This document shows, piece after piece, positions 38,204 through 53,580 of a stretch of 64,000 nucleotides of DNA; positions within the stretch are counted from its first letter, which is position 1; the number at the start of each line of letters is the position of its first letter. Both the position numbers and the translations under genes were made by a program. Origin of the DNA: Octopus vulgaris. Taxonomy: Eukaryota. A model generated the notes under the pieces. The model had not been told where the DNA came from. It did not search any database and was given only the letters and a program-made list of their open reading frames with translations. Location: the NCBI GenBank assembly GCA_951406725.2, contig OX597822.1, positions 24,552,001 to 24,616,000 of the forward strand, given 5' to 3'.

Positions 38204-39128
38204 TTTAAGAAAATAACATTTTCATTATTATATTGGTGTTTGGAACATACAATTTTGAGGAAGGTTTTAATTTAGATCATTTTAAAATAGGAAGCTGGTA
38301 CCATAGGACGAGGGGTGGTCTTAGTCAGATTGGTATCAAAAGGGTTAATATGTGAAGAAGTGCTGAAAAGTTCCTGTTTTAAGGGTATCATGAAGGGCCT
38401 TGTTGGAGGCCCAACCTTCCAGGTTCTTTTATAGGGCTTAAAAAAATTGCAATAAGTGTTTGAATCTGAGAGGGGAATACGTTGAGTAAAATCACAATTA
38501 ACTAATCCTTTTGCATTTTCTTTTACCAAAAGCCAGGAATTTTTCGGCACCCCCTCGTATATCACCAGCATCACTATCATCAGTGTTTCAACATCTACAT
38601 TTCCATGTTTGAATGGGTCAAACAAAATTTACTAAGACAAATTTTCTACAGCTAAATGCCCTTCCTGTTGCCAACCCTTATTTGTTTATAAGCAAAGTTA
38701 TGTTTCCCTGTGACCAGATATGTTTTCATGGAAGACTGGAAATGAATGTTACAGCTGGCATAACAGTCACATTCATTTACAGCTATCACATGATGTCAAG
38801 ACAAGGCACCTACACATGCACACAAATCATCATCATCATCATCGTTTAACATCTGTTTTCTGTGCTAGCACGGGTTGGACAGTAGTTGGGGGCAAAAGAG
38901 TACAACAGGGGTCGCCACCACCCCCTGTTGGAGCCTCGTGGAGCTTTAGGTGTTTTCGTTCAATAAACACACATAACGCCCAGTCTGGGAATTGAAACTG
39001 TGATCTTCCGACCATGAATCTGCTGCCCTAACCACTGGGCCATTGCGCCTCCACATAAATATATATATTCATAAATAGCATTTTCATATTCACCACAATA
39101 GAAATATATTCATAATTATATAAATAAA

Positions 39129-39175
<47 letters not shown>

Positions 39176-40344
39176 CAGGCTTCTCCTTTCAGACCTCATC
39201 AGTCAAATCCACTCACAAGACTTTGGGTGGCCTGGGCCCTAACCCTAACCCTAATACTTGCTAAAGGTGCTACACAGTAGGAGTGAACCCAAAAGCATAA
39301 TGTTGGGAAGTGAACTTCTCAATATGCTTGCTCTTATTTATCTATCCTATTATATTTTCATGTAAAAGATATCTTATTCCAGAGGTCTTCAAAAGAGAAG
39401 AGAAACCAGTCACATTGTCCATAAGATATGTTAACGTCATTTTGTCGGCTTGAGTAGTGATAAGGTATGGAAATCAACATTAATACACATTTGCATTCAT
39501 ACACTAACATACACACACCAATATATATATACATACACACACACATATATATATATATATATCAATCATCAGCAGCATAAGCACAAGCGTGGCTATGTGG
39601 TTGGGATGCTTGCTTTAGCAAGCTCATGGCTTCATGTTCAGTCCAATTGCATGGCACCTAGGGCAAGTGTCTTCTACTATAGCTCCAGGCTATAAATGGA
39701 AACAGGAAGAAGCCTGTTGTATATATACAACCATATGTGTATGTGTGTATGCTTGTACGTGTGTCCATGTCTTGGCATCATGTGATGATTGTAAACAAAG
39801 GTGGCGAGCTGGCAGAATCGTTAGCATGCCAGGTGAAATGCTTAGCAGTATTTCGTCTGCTGCTATATTCTGAGTTCAAATTTCGCCGAGGTTGACTTTG
39901 CCTTTCATCCTTTTGGGGTCGATTAAATAAGTACCAGTTATGCACTAGAGTCGATATAATCGACTTAATCCATTTGTCTGTCCTTGTTTGTCCTCTCTGT
40001 GTTTAGCCCCTTGCGGGTAGTAAAGAAATAGATTGTAAACAAACAACAATATCATACCAACACTGTTGTTCATTTACAATCTTCCATGAAAAACATGTCT
40101 GGCCATGGGAAAGTATTACTTTGTTTGGAAACAGATGAAGGTTGGCAACAGGGAGGGCATTTGGCTTTAGAAAACCTGCCACAATGAATTCTTTCAAACA
40201 CATGCAATCAAGGAAAGGCAGATGATGAACAGGCAAGTTACAATGGACCACAAAGAAAAATACATCAGAGAAAGAACTGAGAGGAATAGCCATCATCACC
40301 ATCATCATCATTTAATATCCATTTTCCAGTCTGGTATGAGTTGT

Positions 40345-40647
40345 TTTTGTTCCTTCTCGAGCCATGCCTGGCTTATAGGGGCCAGTTTCCAAGTTTCCTT
40401 GGTGTATAGGTTCCCCACCTGGATGGGATGCCGGTCTGTCGCAGGTGAGCTGCAAGATGCAGGAGGAAAGAGTGAGAGAAAGCTGTGGCGAAAGAGTCAG
40501 CAGAAATTCGCCATTACCTTCTGCTGGAGCCGCGTGGAGCTTAGGTGTTTCACTCATAAACACACACATCGCCCGGTCTGAGATTCGAACCCATGATCCC
40601 TCGACCGCGTATCCGCTGCTCTAACCACTAGGCCATGTGCCTCCACA
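40345..40647 (-). mobile_element. tRNA-derived SINE with RTE-like 3' tail (family D)
   Basis: Minus-strand tRNA-like head TGGCCTAGTGGTTAGAGC...GGTTCGAATCTC; related copies at about 3110-3298, 38885-39054 and 54700-55003. Confidence 0.75.
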
Positions 40648-41712
40648 CAGTCTGGCATGAGTTAGATGGTTTGACTGAAAACTGGTAAGCTGCATCAGGT
40701 TCCAGTCTGATCTGGCATGGTTTCTACGGCTGTTAGTCCCTCCTACTATCAACCACTCCAAGAGTGTAGTGGGTGCTTTTTAAGTGCCACCAGCACAGGT
40801 GCTAGTTACACAGCACTGGCATTGGCCACAACTATGATCTCAAAGTACAGTATATCACAATATATCACCAAAGGTCTTGGTCACCTGTCACTGCCTCCAT
40901 GAGACCCAACGCTCGAACGGTACCTTTTACGTGTCACCGGCATGGGTGCTAGTTACACAACGCTGGTATTGGCCACAACTACAATCTTTGAAATATAACA
41001 TTTAGAAAGTAATTACTTGAGTGTGCCTGTGAAGCAAAAGAATATGAGAATCTACATTTGTGGTGTGTATGTGTGTTTCATGCAAAAGAGTTGACTGTGC
41101 AAGAATTCTTGGGTTAGTTGACTTATACAGTGCAATGGCTGATAGTAAAAGGCAGTTTCTTAGAAAAATATACAAGATGGCAGTTTTAATAATGCAAAAA
41201 TAAGGCTCACATGTTCTCATGGTGAAATTGCATATTTCATCAAAAATTAAGAATTCTGATTGGATGAAAAACAACTAAAAGGTCAGGTGACACACACTGT
41301 TGTGTTCTCAGCTGGAGAAGGTGATAAAAATATATTGTAAAAAGAGATCATGTGACCGGCAAAAACGACACAGTCATCTGGGTTGGATTTTCAGTATAAG
41401 ACACAACTGTAAGGCAAACTTGACATAGCGGAAAATGAATGTAAGACATCTTCAAGTGCAGATGTGTGTGTGTGTGTGTGTGCGCACGCATGCAAGAGTG
41501 AGAAGGGATTAAGAGAAACAAATATGGAAGGAGAGTAGTATCAGATTACACAACAAACACTTTCCAGTCAAATTACAGTCACCAACATCACCATCCCTTT
41601 CATAAAATAAACATACATCCATACATATACACACAAACTGCATGCTCAAAACATTATACACACACTTAGAAATGTTTATATAAGAATGAGTTCAGACCTT
41701 TTTTTACACACA

Positions 41713-41753
<41 letters not shown>

Positions 41754-41767
41754 CATCACGCAATATA

Positions 41768-42705
41768 TTTGTCATCCCATAAATAATGCAGGTTTTTTAT
41801 ACTTCTGTTATTTTTCAAAATTAAGTTAACCAAAGTTCTTTTTTAATCTAAAATATACTCTCCTTCATTTTCTACAATGCTCTTCCATCTATCTGGTAGA
41901 CTTGCAAGGCCCCTCTTCCAAAATTCACTTGTCTGTGATGAAAAATACTCTTCCAATACTGTTCTGACTGCATCTACAGAATTCATATTTTTTCCATCCA
42001 AATGATTTTGAAGACTGCAGAATAAATGATAATCAGATGGGGCAATGTCTGGTGAATACGGTGGGTTGGGTATCGTTTCCCATTCAAACTGTTCCAGCCT
42101 TTGGAATGTCATCCTCACTGTATGTGGCTGAGCATTATCCTGATGGAAGAATATCTTTTGCCATGAAACCAAAGATGATCGTTTTTATTCTAACGCTGAC
42201 TTCAATGACTGGTTGACTGACCAAATCCAAACTTCTCTGCTAGTTCCTCAACAGTTAAGATGGGATTTTGTTTCACCGGAGTTTGCAGGACATCCTTGTC
42301 AATGTGTACAGATCTTCCAAGGTGAGGCTCGTCTTCTAGGCTGTAGTTTTGGGCTTGGAATTTCTGAAACCACCATTGACACTGGCTTATGCTTATTGTC
42401 CGATCCCCATAGTGTGAAGAATATTATACTGCATTAATATTCCTCACACTTTCTGCTGTATTGTTTCCTTTATTGAACTGATAAAGCAAAATATGCCAAA
42501 TAAGCTCCTTTGTCACTTCCATTATAGCTTTGACAAAATAATTGTTAAATTGGAACTGCACTCTTCAAAACTTGCACTAAGAATAAGGACGAGGTAAAAT
42601 TACTCCCTGCTTTTATAGCAAGTTGATGCAGGTAGTTTATCACATCCCCCTCCAGCTTTTAGTTCATGCAATTGAAAATGTTGCACTATTTATGGGATGA
42701 CCCAA
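41768..42705 (-). mobile_element. Internally deleted mariner (DD34D) element
   Basis: TIRs TT(T/GG)GTCATCCCATAAATA with TA flanks; FHQDNAQPH...PPYSPDIAPSDYHLF catalytic segment; N-terminal MEVTKELIWHILLYQFNKG remnant near 42521. Confidence 0.9.
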
Positions 42706-43054
42706 TACATGCATATACAGAGGTCTGTGTGTGTGCATGTTTATTTTAAAAAATTTTTTTATTTTATTTTACTTGTTTCAGTCATTTGACTGCAGCCATG
42801 ATGGAGCAACGCCTTTAATCGAGCAACTCGACCCCGGGACTTATTCTTTTGTAAGCCCAGTACTTATTCTATCGGTCTCTTTTGCCGATCCGCTAAGTGA
42901 CGGGGACATAAACACACCAGCATCGGCTGTCAAGCAATGTTGGGGGTACAAACACAGACATACAAACATATACGCATATGATTTTTATAGAACTATCCCG
43001 AATGTTTCATGGGTATAGCCTCACCCCCTTAGATGTTTTGAGAACTCAGATGTT

Positions 43055-43144
43055 TTTTCGGCTGATGAGTACGGGCCATGTGTATTTGCTGCAATATTTG
43101 CAGCCTTAATAAAGGTGTTTTCGTACGAAACAATTGTAGCGAAA
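43055..43144 (+). ncRNA. Near-canonical type I hammerhead ribozyme with palindromic minimal helix III
   Basis: tttcgg-CTGATGA-gtacg...cgtac-GAAAC-AATT-GTA-gcgaaa; full core; only the helix I closing pair is mismatched (G.G). Confidence 0.75.
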
Positions 43145-43296
43145 TATTGATCCATTTTTGTTGCTTTTTTCTTGCTTATAATCACCCCGCATTATCTTAT
43201 GGTTAATACCATATAGATTTCTGGTGCATCTAAGTTAAGTACCTCATTCATGTGAATTCAACAGAACTCACTTGAATCTTAATTACTTTTACTATA

Positions 43297-43346
<50 letters not shown>

Positions 43347-44399
43347 TACGACGGGCTTCTTTCAGTTTCCGTCTACTAAATCACTCACAAGGCTTTGGTC
43401 GGCCCAAGGCTATGGTAGAAGCCACTTGACCAAGGTGCTACGCAGTGGGACTGAATCCGGAACCATGTGGTTGGCTACTTACCACACAGCCACTCCTGCA
43501 CCTATGTGTGTATATATATATATATAACATATTTATCACACAATATATACACATACACACATATATATTCTTTTATACATTTCAGCCCTAAGTATGGAAA
43601 ACGGGTGTTCATACATACAATGGATTTCTTTCAATTTCCACCTACCAAATCTACTCAATGGCACTTGCCCAAGGTGCCACACAGTGAAACTGAACCCAGA
43701 ACTATGTGGTTAGGAAGCGAGCTTCTTACCACACAGCCATGCCTATATAATGCAGGAGGGTGTTCATTTGTGTCTCTCTAACATACAAGCCCTAAGGCTG
43801 TGGCCATGCTGGAGCACTGCCAGTGTAATCACTTTTTCAATGGCCATTTCTATGCATGTGTGTGTGTGTGTGTTGGTGTGTTTACATCCCTGTAATTTGG
43901 TGGCTTGGCAAAAGAGACCCACAGAATAAGTGCCAGGCTTGAAAAATAATAAGTATTCGGGTTGGTTTGTTCGAGGCAGTGCCCCAGCATGGCCTCAGTC
44001 TAATGATTGAAACAAGAGATAAAATACAAATGGTGACAGATTTGAATATCTTTCATCATAGGTCAGCTTGATTACAGTTCACCGAGGTCGCCTCGGACTA
44101 GAGAATGACAGCAGTAGCAGTTGCTGCTGTTTCACCGCTTCTATGACAACTGCCACCAGCTATTTTGTATTGTGGTTATCTAGGCACATGGCATTTGGTA
44201 TTATAGGGTGACATTCAAACTAAAACATCTCATTATATAAAGGACATGTGACAACTGACGCAAATGTGTATGATACACACATGTATGCAAGTAAATATAG
44301 ACATTCGTGTACAAATATATATGCATACAGACATGCATAATGTGCACCACACACACAAACATTTATAAATAACTGCAGGCATACTGACACCTTCACATA

Positions 44400-45075
<676 letters not shown>

Positions 45076-46305
45076 AATAATACGTGCATGTTCCTCCTTA
45101 GTCTTTTACTTGTTTTCGTCATTGGTCTGTGGAAAGTTAGTGGGGTGGACAAACACACACACCAAGTACTGCTACTGATGTCACATAAGAAGCACTGGTG
45201 ATGGTGCCATTGTAAAAAGCAATGGTGTTGGTGCCACTTAAAAAAGCAATGGTGTTGGTGCCACTTAAAAGGCACTGGTGATGGTGCCACATGGAAAGCA
45301 CCCAGTACACTTTGTGACGGCATTAGGAAGGGTATCAACCATAGAAACCATGCCAGAACAGACAATTGGAGCCTGTTGCAGCCAGCCTAACCCTACCCTT
45401 GCTAGTTCCTGTCAAACTGACCGACCCATGCCAGCAGGGAAATGGACATTAAATGATGATGATGATGTCACATATATATAGTCTGAGCTTCCACACAGTT
45501 TCTATCTGTCAAATTCACTCTCACAAGGCATTAGTTGGCCTGGGCCTATAATAAAAGACACTTCCCCAAGTACCATGCTGTGAGACTGAACTTGAAACCA
45601 CATGGTTGCAGAATGTTCTTCACCATAAAACTATGCCTGTCCCTCCACACACACACACACACACAGAACTCCTTTCTATTAAAGGCACAAGGCCTGAAAG
45701 TCTTGGTGGGGCGGGGGTACTAGTCGATTACATCGATCCCAGTATGTCACTAGTACTTAGTTTATCGACCCCGAAAGGATGAAAGGCAAAGTTGGCCCTG
45801 GCGGAGTTTGAACTCAGAATGTAAAGATGGATGAAATACTGCTAAGCATTTTTGCCTGGTGTGCTAATGTTTCTGCTAGCTTGCTGCCTTCACACACACA
45901 CACAAACACACACATGCTCAAATACAAAGATAAACATCCGTCCACATGCATGGCTGTGTGGTTAGGAAGCTGACTTGACAACAATGTAAATAATTACATA
46001 CACAGTTACTTTGACATTTCACTTTATAAAACTGATATGCGATTACATGGTAACAGTGTACTGCTTCTATAGCTGGGGCAGGAAACGAATGTGTGACGGT
46101 GTGTGATGGTGCAGGTATGTATTATATACATAAACATAGAGAGTTCACTTCTTAGCCACATGGTTGCAGGTTTCTATCCCACTGCATGGCACCCTGGGCA
46201 AGTGTCTTCTGTTATAACCTAAGGCTGACTAATTCCTTCTAAGTGAATCTGGTATATGGAAACTGAATGGAAGCCGGTCATGTGTTTGTGAGTGGATACA
46301 CACAG

Positions 46306-46359
<54 letters not shown>

Positions 46360-46739
46360 AGAGAGAGGGGGGAGAGAGGGGGAGGGATAGATAGACAAAT
46401 ACAGATATAGATAAGCATAGGTGAAAGCATGGCTCTGTGTTTAGAAGGTTTTATTTGCAATCACCTGATTTAAAGTTCAATCCCATAACACAGCGCCTTG
46501 GGTCTCTTCAACTATAGCCCCAGGCTGACAAATGCCATATACAGGAATAATTGGTAAACGGAATGTTCAGAAAGCCTGTTATATATGTGTGTGTGTGTGT
46601 GCGTGCTCACACATATATCTATACAGATCATATGCACACACACACACTACTGTGTGTGTGTGTGTGTGTGTATGTGAAAGATTCACCAGCAAAGATATAG
46701 GTATGAAATTGGCATAGTATGCACACAGTATTAGTCATA

Positions 46740-47460
46740 AAAAAGGGACAGGAGTCAGCAGTGAAGGCATTCAATTACCAGAACACCAAACATTACAATC
46801 AATGAAAGAAGAGAAAAGTATAAGCATCTAGGAGTATTAGAATCTGACAGAGTACTTAGTAGAGAAATGAAAACGAAAATTGAGGAGTACATCAGAAGGG
46901 TGAGGAAGTTAATAGAGCTGAAGCAAATAGCCTGAATCTAGTGGAGGTTGCAAATATTTGGGCAATATCACCATTTAGATATTCAGCAACTTTTGTAGAT
47001 TGGACAAAATCTGAATTATCAAATCTAGACAGAAGAACTAGGAAGGAATTTAATATGAATGGAAAACTTCATCCAAGAACAGGAGTAACAAGAAACGTTA
47101 GCACGCCGGGCGAAATGCATAGCCGTATTTCGTCTGTCGTTACGTTCCGAGTTTAAATTCCGCCAAGGTCGACTTTGCCTTTCATCCTTTCGGGGTCGAT
47201 AAATTAAGTACCAGTTACGCACTGGGGTTGATGTAATCGACTTAATCCCTTTGTCTGTCCTTGTTTGTCCCCTCGTGGGTAGTAAAGAAATATATATATC
47301 TCTCTAAAAAGGAAGGTAACAGAGGTTTAATATCAGTAGAAGACTGTGAAGAGTGAGCTAGAGTAGATATAACATCCTATGTAGGTAATAGTGAGGAAAT
47401 ATTAAGAGCTGCAAGAGTAGCAGTAGGAGATAGGGAAACTATAAAGCCAAATGAAGCAAG
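46740..47460 (+). mobile_element. R4/Dong-like non-LTR retrotransposon relic, split by a SINE B copy
   Basis: YKHLGVLESD...EEYIRRVRKL...ANIWAISPFRYSATFVDWTKSELSNLDRRTRK...LHPR[SINE]IYLSKKEGNRGLISVED; further possible fragments near 49870-50130 and 51500-51760. Confidence 0.7.
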
Positions 47461-50400
47461 ATTATCTGATTATCTTGATGTTAAAATCAAGTCAGTGTTG
47501 AGCTTAATTTAACTGTAGGATATTCCATGTTGAACAAACAGATGAACAAAAGCATTCTACATATGACCATTAAAGCTTCGGTTTTACTTCCTTAAAAAAA
47601 AAAAAAAGAGCTGGGAAGAGTAATGTGTATTTCAGGAAATTTGACTGCTATTTCTAGCAGATCAAATAACTCTTTTGTTGTTTTGTCACAAGGCAATTAT
47701 TTTGTTAGGTCTCTGTCTGAAACATTTAATTGAGCATGATATATTTAACCTAAATCTTGCAGGATAATTATCAAATCTTCTTTGATCTGATAACTGCTAG
47801 GCACAGCGTGCTAACAATTCTACCAGCTCACTGAAGTAATAATAATAATAATAATAATAATCACTGGCTATTGGAAGTGTTATCATGTACATGTTTTATC
47901 TTGGTATAAAAGATGGGCTACAGCAAATATTCTGCTCAATGCTACAGATTTGTTTGTCATTTATTTGACTTTAATCAGTTGAGCATGTTACTTGGTGGCT
48001 GACGATATGTGCATCTCTGATCACGAGCAGAAGTTGTGGGCAGCATCATAACCATGTGTTGAAAGGAATTCTCTGAGGCTTGAATACTTCACCTCTGGAA
48101 ACAGATCCTATTTAGGGACCTTTTGAGTGGGATGGGCTACTCGACCTAAAGAAAATTCTAACTGGGCCCCAACTGCAAGGTCATGAGTTGTTTATCTTGA
48201 TATGAGATTGCCACGTTGCACACATATGGTTGTGATGCATGTGCCTGGTGTACCCTTATCTGACGGGTAGTCATGATGGGTATGCTGGGCATCGTATATT
48301 TGTATCCCAGCATGTAAAAAGCACCATCCAATCATGGCCGTTTGCCAGCCTTGTCTGGCACGTAAAAAGCACCCATTACACTCATGGAGTGGTTGGCATG
48401 AGGATGGGCATCCAGCTGTAGAAACATTGCCAGATCAGACTGGGCCTGGTGCAGCCTTCTGGCTTCCCAGACCCCAGTTGAACCATCCAATCCATGCCAG
48501 CATGGAAAGCGGATGCTAAACAATGATGATGATGGCATGCACTGCTCTCTCACTCAACAATAATCTTTTCAACTATAAACACAAGGCCTGAAATTTTGAG
48601 TGAGGAACTACTTAATTACATTGTCCCCAGTGCTTGAATGGCACTTATTTCATCAACACTGAAAGGATGCAGGGTAGAGTTGGCATTGGCAGCATTTGAA
48701 CTCAAAACGAAAGATGGGTGAAATATGATTAAGCATTTTGTCCAGTGTCCTAATGATTCTACAAGCTTGCTGCCTTGATCATCATCATCATCATCGTTTA
48801 ACGACCGCTTTCCATCCTAGCATGGGTTGGATGATTTGACTAAGGACTGGCGAACCAGATGGCTGCACCAGACTCCAATCTGATCTGGCAGAGTTTCTAC
48901 AGCTGGATGCCCTTCCTTACGCCAACCACTCCAAGAGTGTAGTGGGTGCTTTTACGTGTCACTGGCACGAGGGCCAGTTAGGCAGTACTGGCAGTGGCCA
49001 TGCTCAAATGGTGCTTTTTATGTGCCACGTGCACAGGAGCCAGACTAGTGGCACTGGCATTTGGGGAGGGCATTAGTCAATTAACTCACCACCAGTATTT
49101 GGTACTTTATTTTATCATGTCCTGAATGGATGGAAGGCAAAGTTGACTTCCGTAGAATTTGAACTTGGAACATAAACAGCCAGAAAAAATGCCACAAAGC
49201 ATTCTGTTCAATGCTCTAATAATTTTGCAGTTCCAATTAATAATAATTGCATCTGATTAAAGCACAAACCAGCAATTTTGAGGGGAAAAGTTTAACCAAT
49301 ATCAGACTAGTGCTTAATTTTTATTGACACGAAAAGTTGACCTTGAGAGGATTTGAACTCAAAAAGTAAAAAGCTGGAACAAATTACCACAAGGCATTTT
49401 ACCAGTTGTTGTAACAATTCTGCTATTATGCATAATAGCAATAAATATTTCAAATTTTTGTCACAATGGCAGCTTGCAGAGAGGTGGGGATGAGTTGATT
49501 ACATTGACCGCAGTTTTCAACTGGTACTTATTTTATTGACCCTAAAAGGATGAAAGGCAAAGTCAACCTTGGGAGAATTTGAACTCAGAATGCAGCAACA
49601 GATGAAATACCTATTTCTTTACTACCCACAAGGAGCTAAACACAGAGAAGACAAACAAGGACAGACAAACGGATTAAGTCGATTATATCGACACCAGTGA
49701 GTAACTGGTCCTTATTTAATTGACCCTGAAAGGATGAAAGGCAAAGTCGACCGTGGCGGAATTTGAACTCAGAATGCAGCAACAGGCGAAACACCACTAA
49801 GCATTTCGTCCAGCATACTAATGATTCTGATGGCTTGCAGCCTTACACATAATAGCAATAATAGAAGCAAAGATAATTAAAAAATAGATATACATAGCTA
49901 AGTGACTAATTACAGAGATAAAGATTAATATAATATAGTTAGAATAGAGGCAAAAAACACAGAGAGGAGTAGGAAAGCAGTGTATGGACAGTTTATCAGA
50001 AGATATAAGTTACAGTGTGAATAAACAAGGAATATGGGAAACAGTGAAATTCAGTTCTAAAGGTTGAAACTAGAACACATAGAAAAAAAAAAAAAAGAAG
50101 CATTTAGTACAAATTATGTGATAAATAGTTTTGCACTAAGAATATTAAATTAATCATTTGTATTTAAACATTGTTATAAGAGTTGAAAGTTTTAGTCTCC
50201 TAATGTGCAACTTCAGTAAATGTGTACAAAGAGAATAGAAAAGAAGACAAGCAATAATACATATTCTGGTAATCGGAAACAAAATATCTCTCTAAATATA
50301 AAGCTGAAGTTGCCTGTGTATGGTAGGTTTGGTAGCCTTTAACTAACACTATCTCCTCCGAGACCCTGTGGCGCAAGTTGACCAAAATTGAGAGTATGAT

Positions 50401-51109
50401 AGAAGAAGGCTTGCTCTTCCTTCCGTACAAGGTAAAATTCAAATTGGACCATGTTAACACCAAAAATTATTTACATCAAAAAGGTGCTTTTTTTCTATGA
50501 AAATCCTTATTTTTTACGATTTTTTGACTGCTGTGTCACCATTTTTCAGTGTATTTCAACCAGAAAAATGTTCACTTAAAGAGAATAACAAGCTACATAA
50601 TGCAAAACTTTTACTTTTCAAAAATTCCAATTCTAAAGGGTTGAAACAAACCCAAGCAACGCCACGCGATACTGTAACGGAAAATAAAATCTGGGCAAAG
50701 ATAGTAGGTGGTGGTATTGATCATTAAGTGTAAAAAGAAGAAAATGAGGAAACTGTGGGATTTCAACATTCAATGTCATATAGTAATTGGAGCAAGAAGA
50801 CCAGACATTGCAATCATAAATGGAAAGAAAAGATACTGTACAATAACTGTAAGATTTCTATATAGAACAGTGTGAGAAGAGGAAAGTAGGCTCAGAAATA
50901 CCTGGGCCTAAAAAGGTGTAGTTGTCATCAATGAAAAGAGACCACAATAACTGTATGTCATAGCATTTCAAGAAATGACAACAGAGTGTATGTGAGAAGG
51001 GAAAAGAAAAAAAATGAGAAATAGTAAGACCTAAAAAGGCATAATTATCATCAACAAAAAAGTGATTGTCCAATAACTGTATGATATAGCATTTCAAAGT
51101 GACAGCAGA

Positions 51110-51480
51110 TTGTAGGAGTGGCTGTGTGGTAAGTAGTTAGCTTACCAACCACATGGTACCGGGTTCAGTCCCACTGCGTAGTACCTTGGGCAAGTATCTT
51201 CTACTATAACCTTGTGAGTGGATTTGGTAGACGGAAACTGAAAGAAGCTCATCGTATATATGTATATATATATGTATGTGTGTGTATATGTTTGTCCCCC
51301 CAACATCACTTGACAACTGATGCTGGTGTGTTTACGTCCCCGTAACTTAGCGGTTCTGCGAAAGAGACCGATAGAATAAGTACTAAGCTTACAAAGAATA
51401 AGTCCTGAGGTAGATTTGCTCGACTAAAAGGCAGTGCTCCAGCATGGCCACAGTCAAATGATTGAAACAAGTAAAAAAGT
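51110..51480 (+). mobile_element. Near full-length SINE family A
   Basis: tggctgtgtggtaag head, gggttcagtcccactgcg, internal microsatellite and tgaaacaagtaaaa tail. Other copies at about 2535-2660(-), 2960-3090, 12285-12620(-), 26040-26440(-), 28675-29080, 35120-35495(-) and 42770-43500(-). Confidence 0.85.
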
Positions 51481-52149
51481 AAAAGAAAAAAATTTTAATT
51501 AGCAAGAACTAAGAAAGAGAAGTTGCAAGGGTGTGAGGTATGAAAAAGAAATTGAAATTGTGTCAATGGTAGCAGACAGTTGTTGTACAATTACAAAGGA
51601 ATGAAATCATGGTTGGAGAAGACCAGAACTGAAATTCAAACAGAATTTTTACAGAAAGTGCAGGAATATCATGGAAGATGCTTGGGAATTGATCTGATGA
51701 AAGAATGCCAAAGGATCAGTGGTCATTGGTTACAATTCACTCATAGGATTGTAAAAATTACATAAGATCTGTGATAATAATAACATTGGTTTCAAATGTT
51801 GGCACAAGGCCAGCAAATTTAATGAAAGTGGGTAAGTTGATTACATCAACTCCAGTGCTCAACTGCTATTTATTTAATCAACCCTCATGAAATTTGAACT
51901 CAAAACATAAAACCAGAAGAAATATCACTAAGCGTGATAATGATTCTGCCAGCTTTTGATTTTGTTTACAACACAGTATCGTAGGGTCAGTTGGGCACCA
52001 TCTGTGAGAAAAACAGCACCATGATGCAATTCACTCTGCCAGAAATTTGGAAATGACTTGCTGTACTGCTTGGCATTTGCACTGGAAGCTCCAATATAAA
52101 CATTTCAGAGTGTTGGGGTGTCAATCTGAGGACATGTACCAAGTGCGAT

Positions 52150-52917
52150 AAAAAATCCAACATCCAGTCAATATCATGGTTTTTGGAGTGATCGCTAGTG
52201 ATGGTGATGTTATGCCTCTTTTCATCTTCTCACAAGATCTCAGACTCAACACAGAGACTTACATCAAGTGCTTGGAGGAGGTAGTGCTGCCCTGGCTCAA
52301 GTGGGTGGCTGCTGGAAGACCCTATGTCTGGCAACAGGATTCTGCACCATGCCACACAAGCAGGAGAACCCAGTCATGGCTGTCAGACAATTTCTGTGAC
52401 TACATCAACCCTAACATCTGGCCACCTAACTCCCCAAACTGCAACCCCCTTTATTATTGTGTGGGGGGTGCAGTTGAGTGAGAGACCAACAAAACTCCGT
52501 GTAACACCAAAGATGAACTGAAGGCAAGGATTATGGCAGCATTCACCAACATTAACAAGGAGACCATTCAGAAGAGTTGCAAGAGATTCAAAAATCTCAT
52601 CTGGGGGCCATGGTTGAGCCAGTGGCAATTTTATTGAATCGGAGTGGTTGGTGTTAGGAAGGGCATCTAGCTGTAGAACTCTGGCAGATCAGATTGGAGC
52701 CTGGTGCAGCCATCTGGTTTGACAGTCCTCAGTCAAATCGTCCAACCCATGCTAGCATGGAAAGCAGACATTAAATAATGATGATGATGAAATTTACTCT
52801 TTAGTATTTCAAGATATTTTAATGCAATTTTGGTAAATATATCTGATAAAATGAGATGCCAGTATTATTTTCATTTTTGCGTAATTTAGATGACAATTTA
52901 TTCACTGCACACTGTAT
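52150..52917 (+). mobile_element. Tc1/mariner DD37D (maT-like) transposase relic
   Basis: MVFGVIASDG...YVWQQDSAPCH...WPPNSPNCNPL; right end CACACTG|TA; interrupted by an RTE-tail repeat. Confidence 0.8.
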
Positions 52918-53580
52918 ATCTACATGGACGTGTTTCCCTGCTTTGTTATATATATATATATAACTATACAAAACTATATGGCCCAACTACCATCTAGGCT
53001 CAGTTCAATTATTTACTAATTGAGATTATTTTCATTTCAGTTCAGCTGCTGATCTATTTGTATATCTGTCATCTCTCTATCTGCATATCTGTTGATATAT
53101 CTGTAGACTCACCTACATACATGTCTATCTGTCTTTTGGTTTATCTACCTTCTGTATCTGTAAAACTCATAATACCAATAAGAATTTAAACCAAATAACA
53201 AAAACTAAATGAATAATGGCAGTGCTCCAGCAAGGCCACAGCCTTTGTCCTGAAACATGCAAAAGATAAAAGTGTAACATCCACAGCTCTTTGCTAAGGT
53301 TATTTCATTTTAAGTTAGCTATCTATTGATATATCTTTTAATTCTTCATGACGTTGTGTCATTATGTTAAACATTTCGACCGTAGCTGTGATTTGAACAA
53401 AGGCAGAATAGTACATAGAGTTCCTCCCTCTCTCTCTTCCAGTCTCCCTTTCTCCTCCTCCCAGCTCTAAATGTTATTCCATTCAAGTTATTGCCTCCCT
53501 TAGCATAAGTTTAATATATTTACAAAGCAGACAAAAAGACAGAAACGCATACAATAATATTATAGAAGATAATAATAACA

